Assembly: GCA_965248695.1 (NCBI GenBank)
Contig: CBDFKD010000002.1
Coordinates: 4,640,001 to 4,704,000, forward strand
Direction: 5' to 3'
Length of the DNA: 64,000 nt
Source of the DNA: Acidobacteriota bacterium
Lineage (GTDB): Bacteria > Acidobacteriota > UBA890 > WLXD01
Below, in pieces: positions 1 through 9,996 of the stretch. How positions within the stretch are numbered: the first letter of the stretch is position 1; each line of letters starts with the position of its first letter. The notes beneath the pieces were generated by a model. It was not told the DNA's origin, did no database searches, and worked only from the letters and a program-made list of their open reading frames with translations. A program made the position numbers and the translations under genes.

Positions 1-1655
1 AGGGATCTACGACGTCACGCTGGCCTGCGAGGTCGACGGTGGGGAGCAGCTTTTCGAGCCCATCGAAAGCACACTCTATGCAACGTACCGCGAGCCGTTG
101 TTCATGGTCTCGCCGCCGCAGCGCAGTTGGTACGCGCGCGCCACGGAGTGGGGCTGCGGGTTCACTGCGAAGGCGGATGAAAAGCGGGTGCTGAAGCACG
201 TGCTCGACTCGCTCTACGCCAACGCCAGGGGGAATTGGCGCTACGGGGTGTTCGAGTTGGCCGATCCCGCTGCTGCCGCCTACCCGCCGTACGACGAGGG
301 CGGCAATTGGTTCAATTGTCCATGGCAGGCGCTTGTGGACGAAAGCGATCCGTGCAACTTCGCTGACTGCTTCGAGTACAGCCAGGTGTTCGAGCACATC
401 TCCGCGACACTCGGGATCGGGGTCTTCGAGCCGATCGCCGATGTCGGCAACGCCGGTGAAGGTTTCAAGACGGTGGCCGACTCCTATTCTCTCGACCCTC
501 GCTTTCCTGGGAACGTCGATTTGCGACGAGGAGGCCGGCTGTGATGGCTATGTGTTCAGCAGCCACAGCCTGCGATTGAGAGACGATGTCTACTATGACG
601 CCACTTTCAACAAGACCTACGACGCCGCAGATGCGTTCATCCAGGAGGACGTGGACGCCCGGCCGAAAGGGGGAGTCAAGCTCATGAGTTCCGGAGCGAC
701 GCTCACGATGGGAGAAGTGGGGTACGGCACCTGGGGCCAGTGGAAGACGAGCGCGGCTGCGCCCGCATCGGCGCTCACCCCGCTGCGCATGGTGTCGACG
801 GGGACAGGAGCGTCCATTCGGGCGACGACCACCCGAACGATGCTCGGCGTCGTGGTTAGCGCGAATGTAGACCTCGAACAGCCAGGCACCTATATCGTCA
901 GGGCGCTGCTCGGCCGACCTGAATCTGGCGACGAATCGACTGATCCGACGGACTGGATCCCGGCCGCCAGACAGGGATCGACGGCATTCTCCGACCGGCA
1001 CGTCACCATTGCCGCACCCGGAAGCCGGCGATTGTCGTTCAGCTTCGGGTATCCGGCGATCGAAGCAGCGGCGGGCGCCGGCCGTCACACCTATCGAATC
1101 GAGGTTTTCGATCACCGCTCCGGCGACGACGGAACCTCCATGGAGACGCGGCTGATTGCTGATTTTCGGGATTCAGTCGACGTGACCCAGGCGCAGCTCG
1201 ACGGTGCCAAGGGCGCCGACATCATCGACCTCGGGATCGAAAGCGCGGCCGGCACCGGCGACGAGGGACAACCGCCGCGAAGCTTCGTCGCCCGATACAC
1301 GCTGTCGATCCCGCCCCCGGACCCCGGTCCTGATAGCGACGGCGACCTGCCCGGCCCCCCAGTGCGGAGCTACACGCTCCAGGCGCGACTGGCCCGCTAC
1401 TCGAGCTTCGAATCGCTCTCCTATGCCGGCGCCGAGTACGAGCTCGAAGAAGGCGAGCACACCGTCAGCCTGGAGATTCCTCTTCCGGCCGTAGCCGACC
1501 CGCCGGCTGTAGAGCACTTCGAGCTCACGACGGAGCTGATCGCCAACCGGGACGGCTACTGGTATGAGGATTCGGTCGCCTTTCGACGCTTCAGCCTCGA
1601 TCTTTCGGAAGGCGAGGTCCGATCGGTGGAGCAAAGAGACGTGCTCAACCGTTAG
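1..1655 (+). pseudogene. Transglutaminase-like (Cys-His-Asp) domain protein with C-terminal beta-rich extension; 5'-truncated by window edge and frameshifted near 512-520
   Basis: Frame open from position 2 to stop at 544 carries FADCFEYSQVF; the +1 frame (333..1655) continues with YVFSSHSL and YYDATF; removing one base near 518 joins FPGNV to ICDEEAGCDG. Confidence 0.55.
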
Positions 1656-4600
1656 CGAGGACGAGGCGCCGGCGTCCGCAGGGCAGCTTCAGCCCTGGCC
1701 GCGATCGCGGCCAACCCCAACTCGCGCGCCCGGCTGGCTGTGGTGCGCAAACGCTCTTCGCCGGTCGCCGTGCCGTCGGCAAGCTCGGCGACGCCGAGGC
1801 TCACATCGGCCTCCAGCTCGAGCCTCACGAGGCCGTGCCGCCGCGCCTCGGCGACTGCGGTTCGTAGCCGCGGCAACGACGCCTCGGCCTCGCCGAGCCT
1901 CTCGCTAACGAGCGCGCGCGCTAGGGCTCCGGCGATCCGCACCGTCGGATCCTGGCTTTCCTCCGCGTCGAATCCCTCGGCTTGGATGATTCGTGTAGCC
2001 TCCTCCAGATCGTCGGCGCTCGCGGCCACGGTGGCCAGCAGCGATTGAGCGCGTGATTCCTCTGGCCGTCGATCTCCGCGGGCGAACTCGGCGGCTGCAA
2101 GCCGCGCCAGGCTGTCCGACTCGGAGAACCTCCCCTCTTCGAGCAGGAGCTTCGCCTTCGCGAGCTGGCTCTCGGCCATCGTGCTGCGTTCGCCGAGATC
2201 CTCTCGGATCTGAATCGACTCGTCAAAAAGCCGACGGGCAGCCTCCAGGTCGCCCGCTGCGAGGCGTGCCTCACCGAGCGCCACCAGTACGTAGCCACGC
2301 AAGTGTTCGTATCCGAACTCTTCGCAGATCTGATGGGCTCTGGCGAGGTCCGCCTCAGCGGCTGCGAGATCGGCCTCCTCCAGCACGATACGGCCCAATA
2401 TGTACAGGTTCCAACCGACGCCGCGCTGATCGCCTGCCGCTTCGTCGATGGCCATGGATTCGCTGGCCCGCTGACGCGCGGCCGGAAAGTCGGCGGTACG
2501 TAGCAACCCGTTGGCGATGTTGACCAGAGCAAATGACTGGTAGGCGGGACCCAGGTTCCGACGCGCGATATCGAGGCTTTCCTCCAGCATGGCGTGCGCC
2601 CCGTCAAAGTCGCCCCTTTCCTGCAGCAACACCGAATGGTTGGCGAGCGTTACTGCGGTTCCGCCGGTGTTTCCTATCTTCCGGTTGATCGCCAACGCTT
2701 GCCCGTACTTGTTCTCCGCTTCGGCCAAGTCGCCGGCGAACTTGTTCATGATGGCCTCGGAGCTGAGCAAGCGGGCGAGGCTGTGTTCGTCGCCGATCTG
2801 CAAGAAGATCCCGCGGGCCTCTTCGAGCGCTGCCGCGGCCGCCTCCGGGTTGCCCATCATGTTGTGCGTCGACCCTTCCTCACGACGAGCTCGGGCGACG
2901 AGAATGCTCGCGCCCGCCTCGCGACCTCGATCTGCGGCGCTTGCCGCAGCACGAAGCGCGCGCCGGAGATCGCCGGAGTCTTTCGCTATCGCCGCTTCCG
3001 CGAGGTCGATACGCGGGTCTTCGGAAGAGGGTGCAGGGAGCGCGCGCAGCTGATCGATCGTGTCGAAGGCCTGTAGCAGTTGGTTTGCCCGTGTCTGCGC
3101 CAGCGCGAGTCTCAGGCCATGCTCGACGTCGTCGGAGTGGTAACCCCAGAGGATTCGGTAGTCCTCGATCGCCTCCTGGAAGCGCCCTGACATCTCGTGA
3201 AAGCGTCCTCGGATCAGCAGCAGCTCCCGCCTCGGCAGACCGTCGGTCAAATCGGCGGCCGCCTCCGCAGCTTGCAGGGCGTTTTGGTCGTAACCCAAAT
3301 CCGACCACGCCTGGCTGAGCGCAGCGTGTGCGAGTGCGTACTGCGAATCGACGCGGACGGCCTCTTCGAGAAGCTGGCGGGCGCCGTTCGCGTCGTATCT
3401 CCTGAGGCGCGCCACGCCCTCGGCGTACAGACGGTTAGCGTCGGTGTTACCAGACGCGACCGCCTGCACCTCCGCCTCCGCCGCCGTCGAAAGCCCTGGA
3501 ACGCCGAGCTCGGCGCGCAGCCCGGCGCCAGCCTCGGAGAGCAGCGTGAACAGCTCGGTTTGCGATCCGGTACGCTGCAACCCCGCCACGGTTTCGCCGC
3601 TTCGCGAGTCTTGCAAGTTGAGGTTCAGCGACAGATCACCGGACCGATCACCTTCTTCGATCAGCATGTATGAGCCAACGATGACGAGGTCGGTGCCGAT
3701 GTTTCCGTGGATCTTGATCAACGTCTCGGGGCCCAACGAGCCGACTTCGGGAAGAGAAAGTTCGAGCTTCATACGAGCGACGCTCTCGCCATCGATCACC
3801 CGGAACTGACCTCCCGCGGCAAGCTCTGTCGCCAGGAACTCGGCGAGGGCCGTCGAGACCCAGTTGGCGCTCTCCTGCCCGAGGTTCTGGAAGCCCAGAA
3901 CCGCGATCGAAGGTCGGCTCGCCAACGGCGACGTCGCGACATCGCTGCGACCCTGGAGATCGAAGGGCCAATAGAGCACGCCGACGAGCAGGAGAGCCGA
4001 GATAGCGAGAGCGAGAGCGAGTATGACCCATCGGGGTACCGATGACAACGCACGGCGCGGATGCTCGAGCTCCGCGCCTTCGTCCAGGAGCGCCCGCAGC
4101 TCGGCGCCCAACTCGGCGGCCGATTGGCGCTCCTCGGGGTCCTTTTCCAGGCACCGGCCGATGATGCCACCGAGTCGCTGCGGCAGCCTCGGGTCGACGG
4201 CGGTGACCGAAGGCGGGGTGTCGCGCAGTACGGCGGCGATGAGTCCGGGGGCGGAAGACGCATCCTGGAAAGGTCTCGCCTTGGTGGTCATCATGTACAA
4301 GATGATGCCGAGCGAGAAGATGTCCGACCGGTGGTCGACGTCTTCGCCGCGAAACTGTTCAGGGGACATGTAGGACAACGTACCCAAGACCATCCCCGGT
4401 CGGGTCTGATCCAACGCATCAAGCTGGGTCAGGTCGTTCTCGCCCGCTGGTGGCGCGTGGAGCTTGGCAAGACCGAAGTCCAAGATCTTCACGCGCCCGT
4501 CCTCGCTCACCATGATGTTGGCCGGTTTGAGATCTCTGTGGGTGATGCCGCCCTCGTGTGCCGCAGCGACCGCGTCGACGATCTGCACCGCGAGCTCCAG

Positions 4601-4924
4601 AAGTTCCCCGAACCCGAGCTCCGACTCCGGGATCAGGTCCTCGAGGGTTTGGCCGCGGACCAGCTCCATCGTCACGAAACGAAGATCCTCGCTTCGTTCC
4701 ACCGAATAGATGGTGACGATGTTCGGGTGGTTCAGCGCCGCCAGGGCCTTCGCTTCGCGTTCGAAGCGTTCGATGCGATCGGGGTCTTCGGAGAGATCGG
4801 GGGGCAACACCTTCAACGCCACGCTCCGATCCAGGTCGAGATCCTCGGCCAGATAGACCTCGCCCATACCGCCTTCGCCGAGCTTGTCGACAATCCGGTA
4901 GCGTGAAACCGTCTGTCCGACCAC
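1652..4924 (-). CDS. Ser/Thr protein kinase with TM segment, TolB-N/FlgO-like domain and TPR repeats
   Basis: GEGGMGEVY, VALK, HRDLKPANI, DFGLA, YMSPEQ motifs; hydrophobic segment; SIAVLGFQN; helical repeats. Confidence 0.93.
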   Translation of the reverse strand: MVGQTVSRYRIVDKLGEGGMGEVYLAEDLDLDRSVALKVLPPDLSEDPDRIERFEREAKALAALNHPNIVTIYSVERSEDLRFVTMELVRGQTLEDLIPESELGFGELLELAVQIVDAVAAAHEGGITHRDLKPANIMVSEDGRVKILDFGLAKLHAPPAGENDLTQLDALDQTRPGMVLGTLSYMSPEQFRGEDVDHRSDIFSLGIILYMMTTKARPFQDASSAPGLIAAVLRDTPPSVTAVDPRLPQRLGGIIGRCLEKDPEERQSAAELGAELRALLDEGAELEHPRRALSSVPRWVILALALAISALLLVGVLYWPFDLQGRSDVATSPLASRPSIAVLGFQNLGQESANWVSTALAEFLATELAAGGQFRVIDGESVARMKLELSLPEVGSLGPETLIKIHGNIGTDLVIVGSYMLIEEGDRSGDLSLNLNLQDSRSGETVAGLQRTGSQTELFTLLSEAGAGLRAELGVPGLSTAAEAEVQAVASGNTDANRLYAEGVARLRRYDANGARQLLEEAVRVDSQYALAHAALSQAWSDLGYDQNALQAAEAAADLTDGLPRRELLLIRGRFHEMSGRFQEAIEDYRILWGYHSDDVEHGLRLALAQTRANQLLQAFDTIDQLRALPAPSSEDPRIDLAEAAIAKDSGDLRRALRAAASAADRGREAGASILVARARREEGSTHNMMGNPEAAAAALEEARGIFLQIGDEHSLARLLSSEAIMNKFAGDLAEAENKYGQALAINRKIGNTGGTAVTLANHSVLLQERGDFDGAHAMLEESLDIARRNLGPAYQSFALVNIANGLLRTADFPAARQRASESMAIDEAAGDQRGVGWNLYILGRIVLEEADLAAAEADLARAHQICEEFGYEHLRGYVLVALGEARLAAGDLEAARRLFDESIQIREDLGERSTMAESQLAKAKLLLEEGRFSESDSLARLAAAEFARGDRRPEESRAQSLLATVAASADDLEEATRIIQAEGFDAEESQDPTVRIAGALARALVSERLGEAEASLPRLRTAVAEARRHGLVRLELEADVSLGVAELADGTATGEERLRTTASRARELGLAAIAARAEAALRTPAPRPR

Positions 4925-4930
4925 GGCCTG

Positions 4931-5149
4931 CTAGGCGCCGTCGATCCGTTTTCTGACGCTCAGAGGACGCATGTCCGTCCACACGCACTCGATGTGATCG
5001 AGGCATTCTTGCTTGGTCCCCGACAACCCTTCGGCTGTCCATCCTGCCGGGATCTCGCGATCCGCCGGCCAGAGTGAGTACTGTGCTTCCTCGTTCATGA
5101 CTACCCGGTAGACCTTGGCGGCGTCGTGCTCGTCCGGTTCTTGGCTCAC
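4931..5149 (-). CDS. mbtH: MbtH-like protein (NRPS adenylation-domain partner)
   Basis: NEEAQYSLWP...IPAGW...CLDHI..VWTDMRPLS signature with three conserved Trp; GTG start at 5149 chosen (ORF extends to 5188). Confidence 0.95.
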   Translation of the reverse strand: MSQEPDEHDAAKVYRVVMNEEAQYSLWPADREIPAGWTAEGLSGTKQECLDHIECVWTDMRPLSVRKRIDGA

Positions 5150-5346
5150 GTTCGCCTCGCCCTCGGGTGACTTGCTCCGGTTAGTCAAAACACTTCGTAA
5201 CTCATCGAATCGGCGCTCGCAAGAGGTCGACAGGCTGGCCCGGCGGAAGCGGCAGCAGATAGCAGGAACTTTACGGTTAGTCAGGGAGATAACCTAGTCC
5301 GGGGTTGTGAGCGAATACCTGAATCAGGCCGGTAGGAGATCTGCCG

Positions 5347-6057
5347 ATGCGATTGCTCGAACCGCTTCTCCCCGAGGGCGTTCTTTGCGGAGAGATAGAC
5401 CCGGCGGACGTGGATACGGACTTGCTCTCCGATGAGGAACGGGCTGATGTAGCCCGAGCGATACCTCGGCGCGTGCGGGAGTTCGCTGCCGGTCGGCAAT
5501 TGGCCCACGAACTACTGGAGCGTCTCGGCGCGAGGCGGGCGCCGCTGTGCAACGGGCCGGATCGCGCCCCGATCTGGCCAGCGGGCTTCGTTGGGTCGAT
5601 CAGCCACACCGGCAGGCTAGCTGTGGCCATCGTCGCGCGGATGGACAAGTTCGCGGCGCTTGGCTGCGACATCGAGCCAGACGGGGCGCTGGAGGAGGGA
5701 CTCTGGGACCTTATTCTACGGCCGGAAGAACGATGCTACGTGTCCACGCAGTTCGACCCTGGCCGGGTAGTTCGCCGGATCTTCAGCGCCAAGGAAGCAG
5801 CCTACAAGGCTTGGTACCCGTCCTGCGGCGTAGTCCTCGAGCACCACGACGTGCACATACAGCTTGGACAGAGGGAAGGCGACAGTCTCCAGGCCCCGTT
5901 CATCGCGAAGCTGCAGCGAGACGCCGGCACCATGCGGGCAGGATCTGAACTGCGCGGATACTGGAGGAACTGCGGCGGCCTCGTAGCGACGGCGGTGAGC
6001 GTCGGCGCGATTTCGAGCAGACGAGACACCCGGGTCCCATCGGACAAGAACGACTAG
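5347..6057 (+). CDS. 4'-phosphopantetheinyl transferase (EntD/Sfp-type)
   Basis: RRVREFAAGR, PIWPAGFVGSISHT, LGCDIE, FSAKEAAYKA motifs. Confidence 0.92.
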   Translation: MRLLEPLLPEGVLCGEIDPADVDTDLLSDEERADVARAIPRRVREFAAGRQLAHELLERLGARRAPLCNGPDRAPIWPAGFVGSISHTGRLAVAIVARMDKFAALGCDIEPDGALEEGLWDLILRPEERCYVSTQFDPGRVVRRIFSAKEAAYKAWYPSCGVVLEHHDVHIQLGQREGDSLQAPFIAKLQRDAGTMRAGSELRGYWRNCGGLVATAVSVGAISSRRDTRVPSDKND

Positions 6058-6119
6058 GATGGATGAGCCACAACCGAAAGCCCATCAACGGACTCACTAC
6101 AAAAGACTTAACCATCATC

Positions 6120-6192
6120 GCCCTCGTAGCTCAGGTGGATAGAGCACCGGCCTCCTAAGCCGGGTGCCCAGGTTCGAGTCCTGGCGGGGGCA
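6120..6192 (+). tRNA. tRNA-Arg(CCT)
   Basis: GCCCTCG/CGGGGGC acceptor, D-arm GCTC..GAGC, anticodon arm CCGGC-CT-CCT-AA-GCCGG, T-arm CCAGG-TTCGAGT-CCTGG; CCA not encoded. Confidence 0.95.
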
Positions 6193-6231
6193 CTTCGATG
6201 TTCTGCTGTGCGACGCGCTGCCTGGAATCAT

Positions 6232-7752
6232 CTACTCGGGCGGCAGTACCTGGAAACGGCGCACCCAAGCGGGATCGCCAGCCATGGCGCTCCACTTGGA
6301 CGCGAACACCAGGCTTCCGGCGATCATCACCAGTACCCAGATCCATGTCGATCGCAGATACCAGGCGTCGGCCGGAGCGCCCAGATCCTTCCACAGGTGA
6401 ACGACAAGGTAGAGGCTCAGCAACGTCGCCCCGGCCAGGCCGATCGTCACGCGCGCACGGTTGTTCGGGACGACTCGAATTGCGCTGGCAAGAGCCGGAT
6501 TGCGTCGCGAGATGCATACGGCAGAGAGGCAAACGAGCAGGAAGTTCACCAGCATCGCGGTGACCAGGATGTCGACGCCGAGAAAGAAATCGCCCGCAAG
6601 ATGGCTGCCGACAACCCCGCCGGTCGCCATGGTGCCGCTCAGGAGGATGGCCACGTCGGGCGTCTGCCGGCGCGGGTGGACGCGCTTGACGAACGCCGGG
6701 AAGATCCCATCCTCGGCCCAGGCGAACATCAGGCGCGATACCGACAACAGCATTGCCGGGAGGTCGTTGATCAGGGCGATGGCGGCGCCCGCCACGATCG
6801 CCACCGTCCAGCCGGGTGAGAGCACGTAGCCGAGCAATCCCGGTGCGGTGAGGTCTTCGACGAGGGCGCGCTCGGCGACGTATTGCCAGGGGATGGCGTG
6901 ATAGATCGCTGCGGTGAACGCCAGGTAGAAGCCGCCCACCGTGAGCATGCAGATTCCGATCGCTAGCGGCAGGTCCCGCGACGGGTTGCGCGACTCACCG
7001 CCGGCCTGCGCGATCGAGTCGAAGCCGATGAAGCTCGAGAACAGGATCACCGACGCGCCCAGGAAGGTGACCAGGTCGAAGGCGGCGGGAGCCTCGAGCG
7101 GGATGGTGACGCCGTCGCGAGCCAGGACCGCGGCGGCGAACTCTGCCGGTCCGGAGGAGAACCCGGCAATGATCACCACCGACCCGCCCAGGAACATGAA
7201 GACCATGAGCGGCACGAGGATGCGTTCGTACAGGCGCACTCCGAGCATGTTGACGCCCATGAACAGCCACAGGACCGCCAACGCTACGCCGATGCGTCCC
7301 GGACCGTTGCCGATGGTTGCGGCCAGGTCGGTGTACCCGAGCGTTGCCGCGATGTCGCGCAGGAACGGGACCAGGACGTACGACACCACGCCAATCGCGA
7401 CGCTTAACCCGAACCACTGCGAGAAGCTGGCGACGAAGCCCAGGTAGGGGTTCAGCGACCGACTCACGTACACGTAGCTGCCGCCGGCACGAGGCATTGC
7501 CGAGGCCAGGATGGCGTACGCCATTGCCGCCAGGGCCGCCGGCACGACCGCAACGAGGTAGGCGGGAAACACGTAGGGCCCGATGCCGGGCACGCTCCGC
7601 TGCACCATCAGCGGCACGATGTTGATGGCGGCCCCCATCATCGCGCAGATGCCAGTAGCGGCGACGCCGGCCAGTCCCAGGTGTCGCGCGAGCCGCGGCG
7701 CGGGAGCGGACGATAACGGGTCGTTGCTACTCGATCGCATGGCGAGCCGCAT
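6232..7752 (-). CDS. APC-family amino acid permease
   Basis: About 12 TM segments; AMPRAGGSYVY, FIGFD, GESRNP motifs. Confidence 0.9.
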   Translation of the reverse strand: MRLAMRSSSNDPLSSAPAPRLARHLGLAGVAATGICAMMGAAINIVPLMVQRSVPGIGPYVFPAYLVAVVPAALAAMAYAILASAMPRAGGSYVYVSRSLNPYLGFVASFSQWFGLSVAIGVVSYVLVPFLRDIAATLGYTDLAATIGNGPGRIGVALAVLWLFMGVNMLGVRLYERILVPLMVFMFLGGSVVIIAGFSSGPAEFAAAVLARDGVTIPLEAPAAFDLVTFLGASVILFSSFIGFDSIAQAGGESRNPSRDLPLAIGICMLTVGGFYLAFTAAIYHAIPWQYVAERALVEDLTAPGLLGYVLSPGWTVAIVAGAAIALINDLPAMLLSVSRLMFAWAEDGIFPAFVKRVHPRRQTPDVAILLSGTMATGGVVGSHLAGDFFLGVDILVTAMLVNFLLVCLSAVCISRRNPALASAIRVVPNNRARVTIGLAGATLLSLYLVVHLWKDLGAPADAWYLRSTWIWVLVMIAGSLVFASKWSAMAGDPAWVRRFQVLPPE

Positions 7753-7858
7753 TGTAGTTGCTGGCGCGGCGGCGCGGCGAAATGCGCCGTCGACCGAAAA
7801 GCTGCGACGGCCCCCGAGCTGGAGCCTGGAGGCCGTCGTCTGAACCGTCTACCGAACG

Positions 7859-8173
7859 CTAGTCTTTGGAGCTGTCCAGTAGCGACTTCAACGCCACGAG
7901 AAGCGCCGCCGGTGCCACGAAGGCCGCCATGTTGCTGGTGATGGTGGCGATCCTTCCGCCAACCTCCGGAATGACGGCCACCGAAGTGGCGGTCATCATC
8001 AGGGCGATGGCTGCGATCAGGAAGCCCTGCGATTCGGAGCCACTGATGTTGAGGAATCCGACCACCAGGCCGAGCACCGCGAGGATCAGCGCCCCGCTGG
8101 GTACGCTGACGAACGCCATGACGATCGCTAGCACGACGCCGCCAAGGAATGCATATTTGCCGATATCCGACAT
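7859..8173 (-). CDS. Small 3-4 TM hypothetical membrane protein
   Basis: ATG at 8173 with upstream AGGAG; highly hydrophobic 104 aa (GLVVGFLNI, FVAPAALLVALK). Confidence 0.75.
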   Translation of the reverse strand: MSDIGKYAFLGGVVLAIVMAFVSVPSGALILAVLGLVVGFLNISGSESQGFLIAAIALMMTATSVAVIPEVGGRIATITSNMAAFVAPAALLVALKSLLDSSKD

Positions 8174-8394
8174 AGGGGACTCCTTGCTGAGCAGGAATGT
8201 GGGCACTCGCGACGTTATCGACAGCGGTGCTCTCCGGCAACCGGAGACGGGGGTCGGACGGCGCCGTGCCGCCCAGGGATCGCGTCGCCGAGGACGAACC
8301 TCGACCGGCACGGTCGACGACGGCGCCCCGACGCCCAGAGTGTCATAGAGTTAGCGCGGTTCGCACCACGGCAGTGCCAACGGTGGGGGAAGAG

Positions 8395-9954
8395 GTGATC
8401 GACGACGCGCTGCAACGACTTGGAATCAGCAGCGAGAATCCGGGTGGTTTCGGCCGCGAATGGGTCGGTTCCGGCGCTCTACTCGATGTCACCACGCCAA
8501 TCGACGGCAGCAAGCTAGCGAGCGTGCGTCAGGTCACCGAACAGGAATACGACGCGGTCGCCGCTCGAGCCCACGAGGCCTTCATGAGCTGGCGAGCCGT
8601 ACCGGCCCCGCGTCGCGGTGAGATCGTGCGCCAGATCGGCGACCGACTGCGCCAGGCGAAGCCGGATCTGGGGCGGCTGGTGACCCTCGAAATGGGCAAG
8701 ATCCAGGGTGAGGGCGAGGGCGAGGTACAGGAGATGATCGACATCTGCGACTTCGCCACCGGGCTTTCCCGTCAGCTCTACGGCCTCAGCATGCACTCCG
8801 AGCGGCCGGACCACCGGATGTACGAGCAGTGGCATCCGCTCGGGGTGGTGGGTGTTATTACCGCGTTCAATTTTCCGGTGGCGGTCTGGAGCTGGAATGC
8901 CACGATCTCGGCGGTTTGTGGCAACGCCACGGTGTGGAAGCCGGCCAGCAAGACGCCGCTGACCGCCATCGCGTGCACCAGGATCGCGGCGGACGTCTGC
9001 CGGCGCAACGAAGTCGATGCGGCGATCTTCTCTCTCGTTGTCGGACCGGGGAGCACAGTGGGTGAGCGAATGTTGGCGGATCGCACCATCCCGCTGGTTT
9101 CCGCCACTGGCAGTTGCACGATGGGTTACCGGGTGGCGGAGACGGTGGGCAAGCGTCTCGGGCGAACGATCCTGGAGCTTGGCGGCAACAATGCCATCAT
9201 CGTCACGCCCAGCGCCAACATGGAGCTGGCTCTGCCGGCGATCCTGTTCGGTGCCGTGGGAACGGCGGGCCAGCGGTGTACCTCGACCAGGCGCATCATC
9301 GTGCACGCCAGCAGACGTGAGGAGCTCGTACGGCGGCTTCGCAGCGCATACGGCGGCGTCACCATCGGCGATCCGCGTAACAGCTCCACCTTGATGGGAC
9401 CGCTGGTGACCGTCGAGGCGGTCGAGACGATGATGCAAGCGCTGCAACGGGTGCGCGACGAGGGTGGCGAGATCCTGTCGGGCGGCGAGTGTCTGACAGG
9501 CGACGAGTATCCGGGTGGGCACTACGTCACGCCGTGTCTGGCGTCGGTCGAGAACTCATCACCGATTGTCCAGGAGGAGACCTTCGCACCGATTCTGTAC
9601 ATCATCTCGTACGGATCGGCGCAGGCGACGGCGGCCGAAGCGGTTTCGGAGATCGGTGACGCCGTCCGCTTGCACAACGATGTGCCGCAGGGTCTCTCGT
9701 CGGCGATCTTCAGCGACCACGTTCGCGAGGTCGAGGAGTTCCTGTCACAGCGTGGAAGCGATTGTGGGATTGCCAACGTCAACATCGGCACCAGCGGCGC
9801 CGAGATCGGCGGCGCCTTCGGGGGTGAAAAGGAGACCGGAGGTGGGCGCGAGTCGGGATCCGATGCCTGGAAGGCGTACATGCGGCGCCAGACGAACACC
9901 ATCAACTGGAGCGTTGAGCTGCCGCTGGCCCAGGGGCTCGAGTTTGGCGACTGA
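8395..9954 (+). CDS. Aldehyde dehydrogenase family 7 (piperideine-6-carboxylate/alpha-aminoadipic semialdehyde dehydrogenase-like)
   Basis: AFNFPVAVW, LELGGNNA, GTAGQRCT, EETFAP, GAFGGEKETGGGRESGSDAWK; GTG start after GAGG. Confidence 0.93.
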   Translation: MIDDALQRLGISSENPGGFGREWVGSGALLDVTTPIDGSKLASVRQVTEQEYDAVAARAHEAFMSWRAVPAPRRGEIVRQIGDRLRQAKPDLGRLVTLEMGKIQGEGEGEVQEMIDICDFATGLSRQLYGLSMHSERPDHRMYEQWHPLGVVGVITAFNFPVAVWSWNATISAVCGNATVWKPASKTPLTAIACTRIAADVCRRNEVDAAIFSLVVGPGSTVGERMLADRTIPLVSATGSCTMGYRVAETVGKRLGRTILELGGNNAIIVTPSANMELALPAILFGAVGTAGQRCTSTRRIIVHASRREELVRRLRSAYGGVTIGDPRNSSTLMGPLVTVEAVETMMQALQRVRDEGGEILSGGECLTGDEYPGGHYVTPCLASVENSSPIVQEETFAPILYIISYGSAQATAAEAVSEIGDAVRLHNDVPQGLSSAIFSDHVREVEEFLSQRGSDCGIANVNIGTSGAEIGGAFGGEKETGGGRESGSDAWKAYMRRQTNTINWSVELPLAQGLEFGD

Positions 9955-9996
9955 GACCGCGGCGACTGAGGCAGGCGCGGGAACGGGCCGGGGAAG

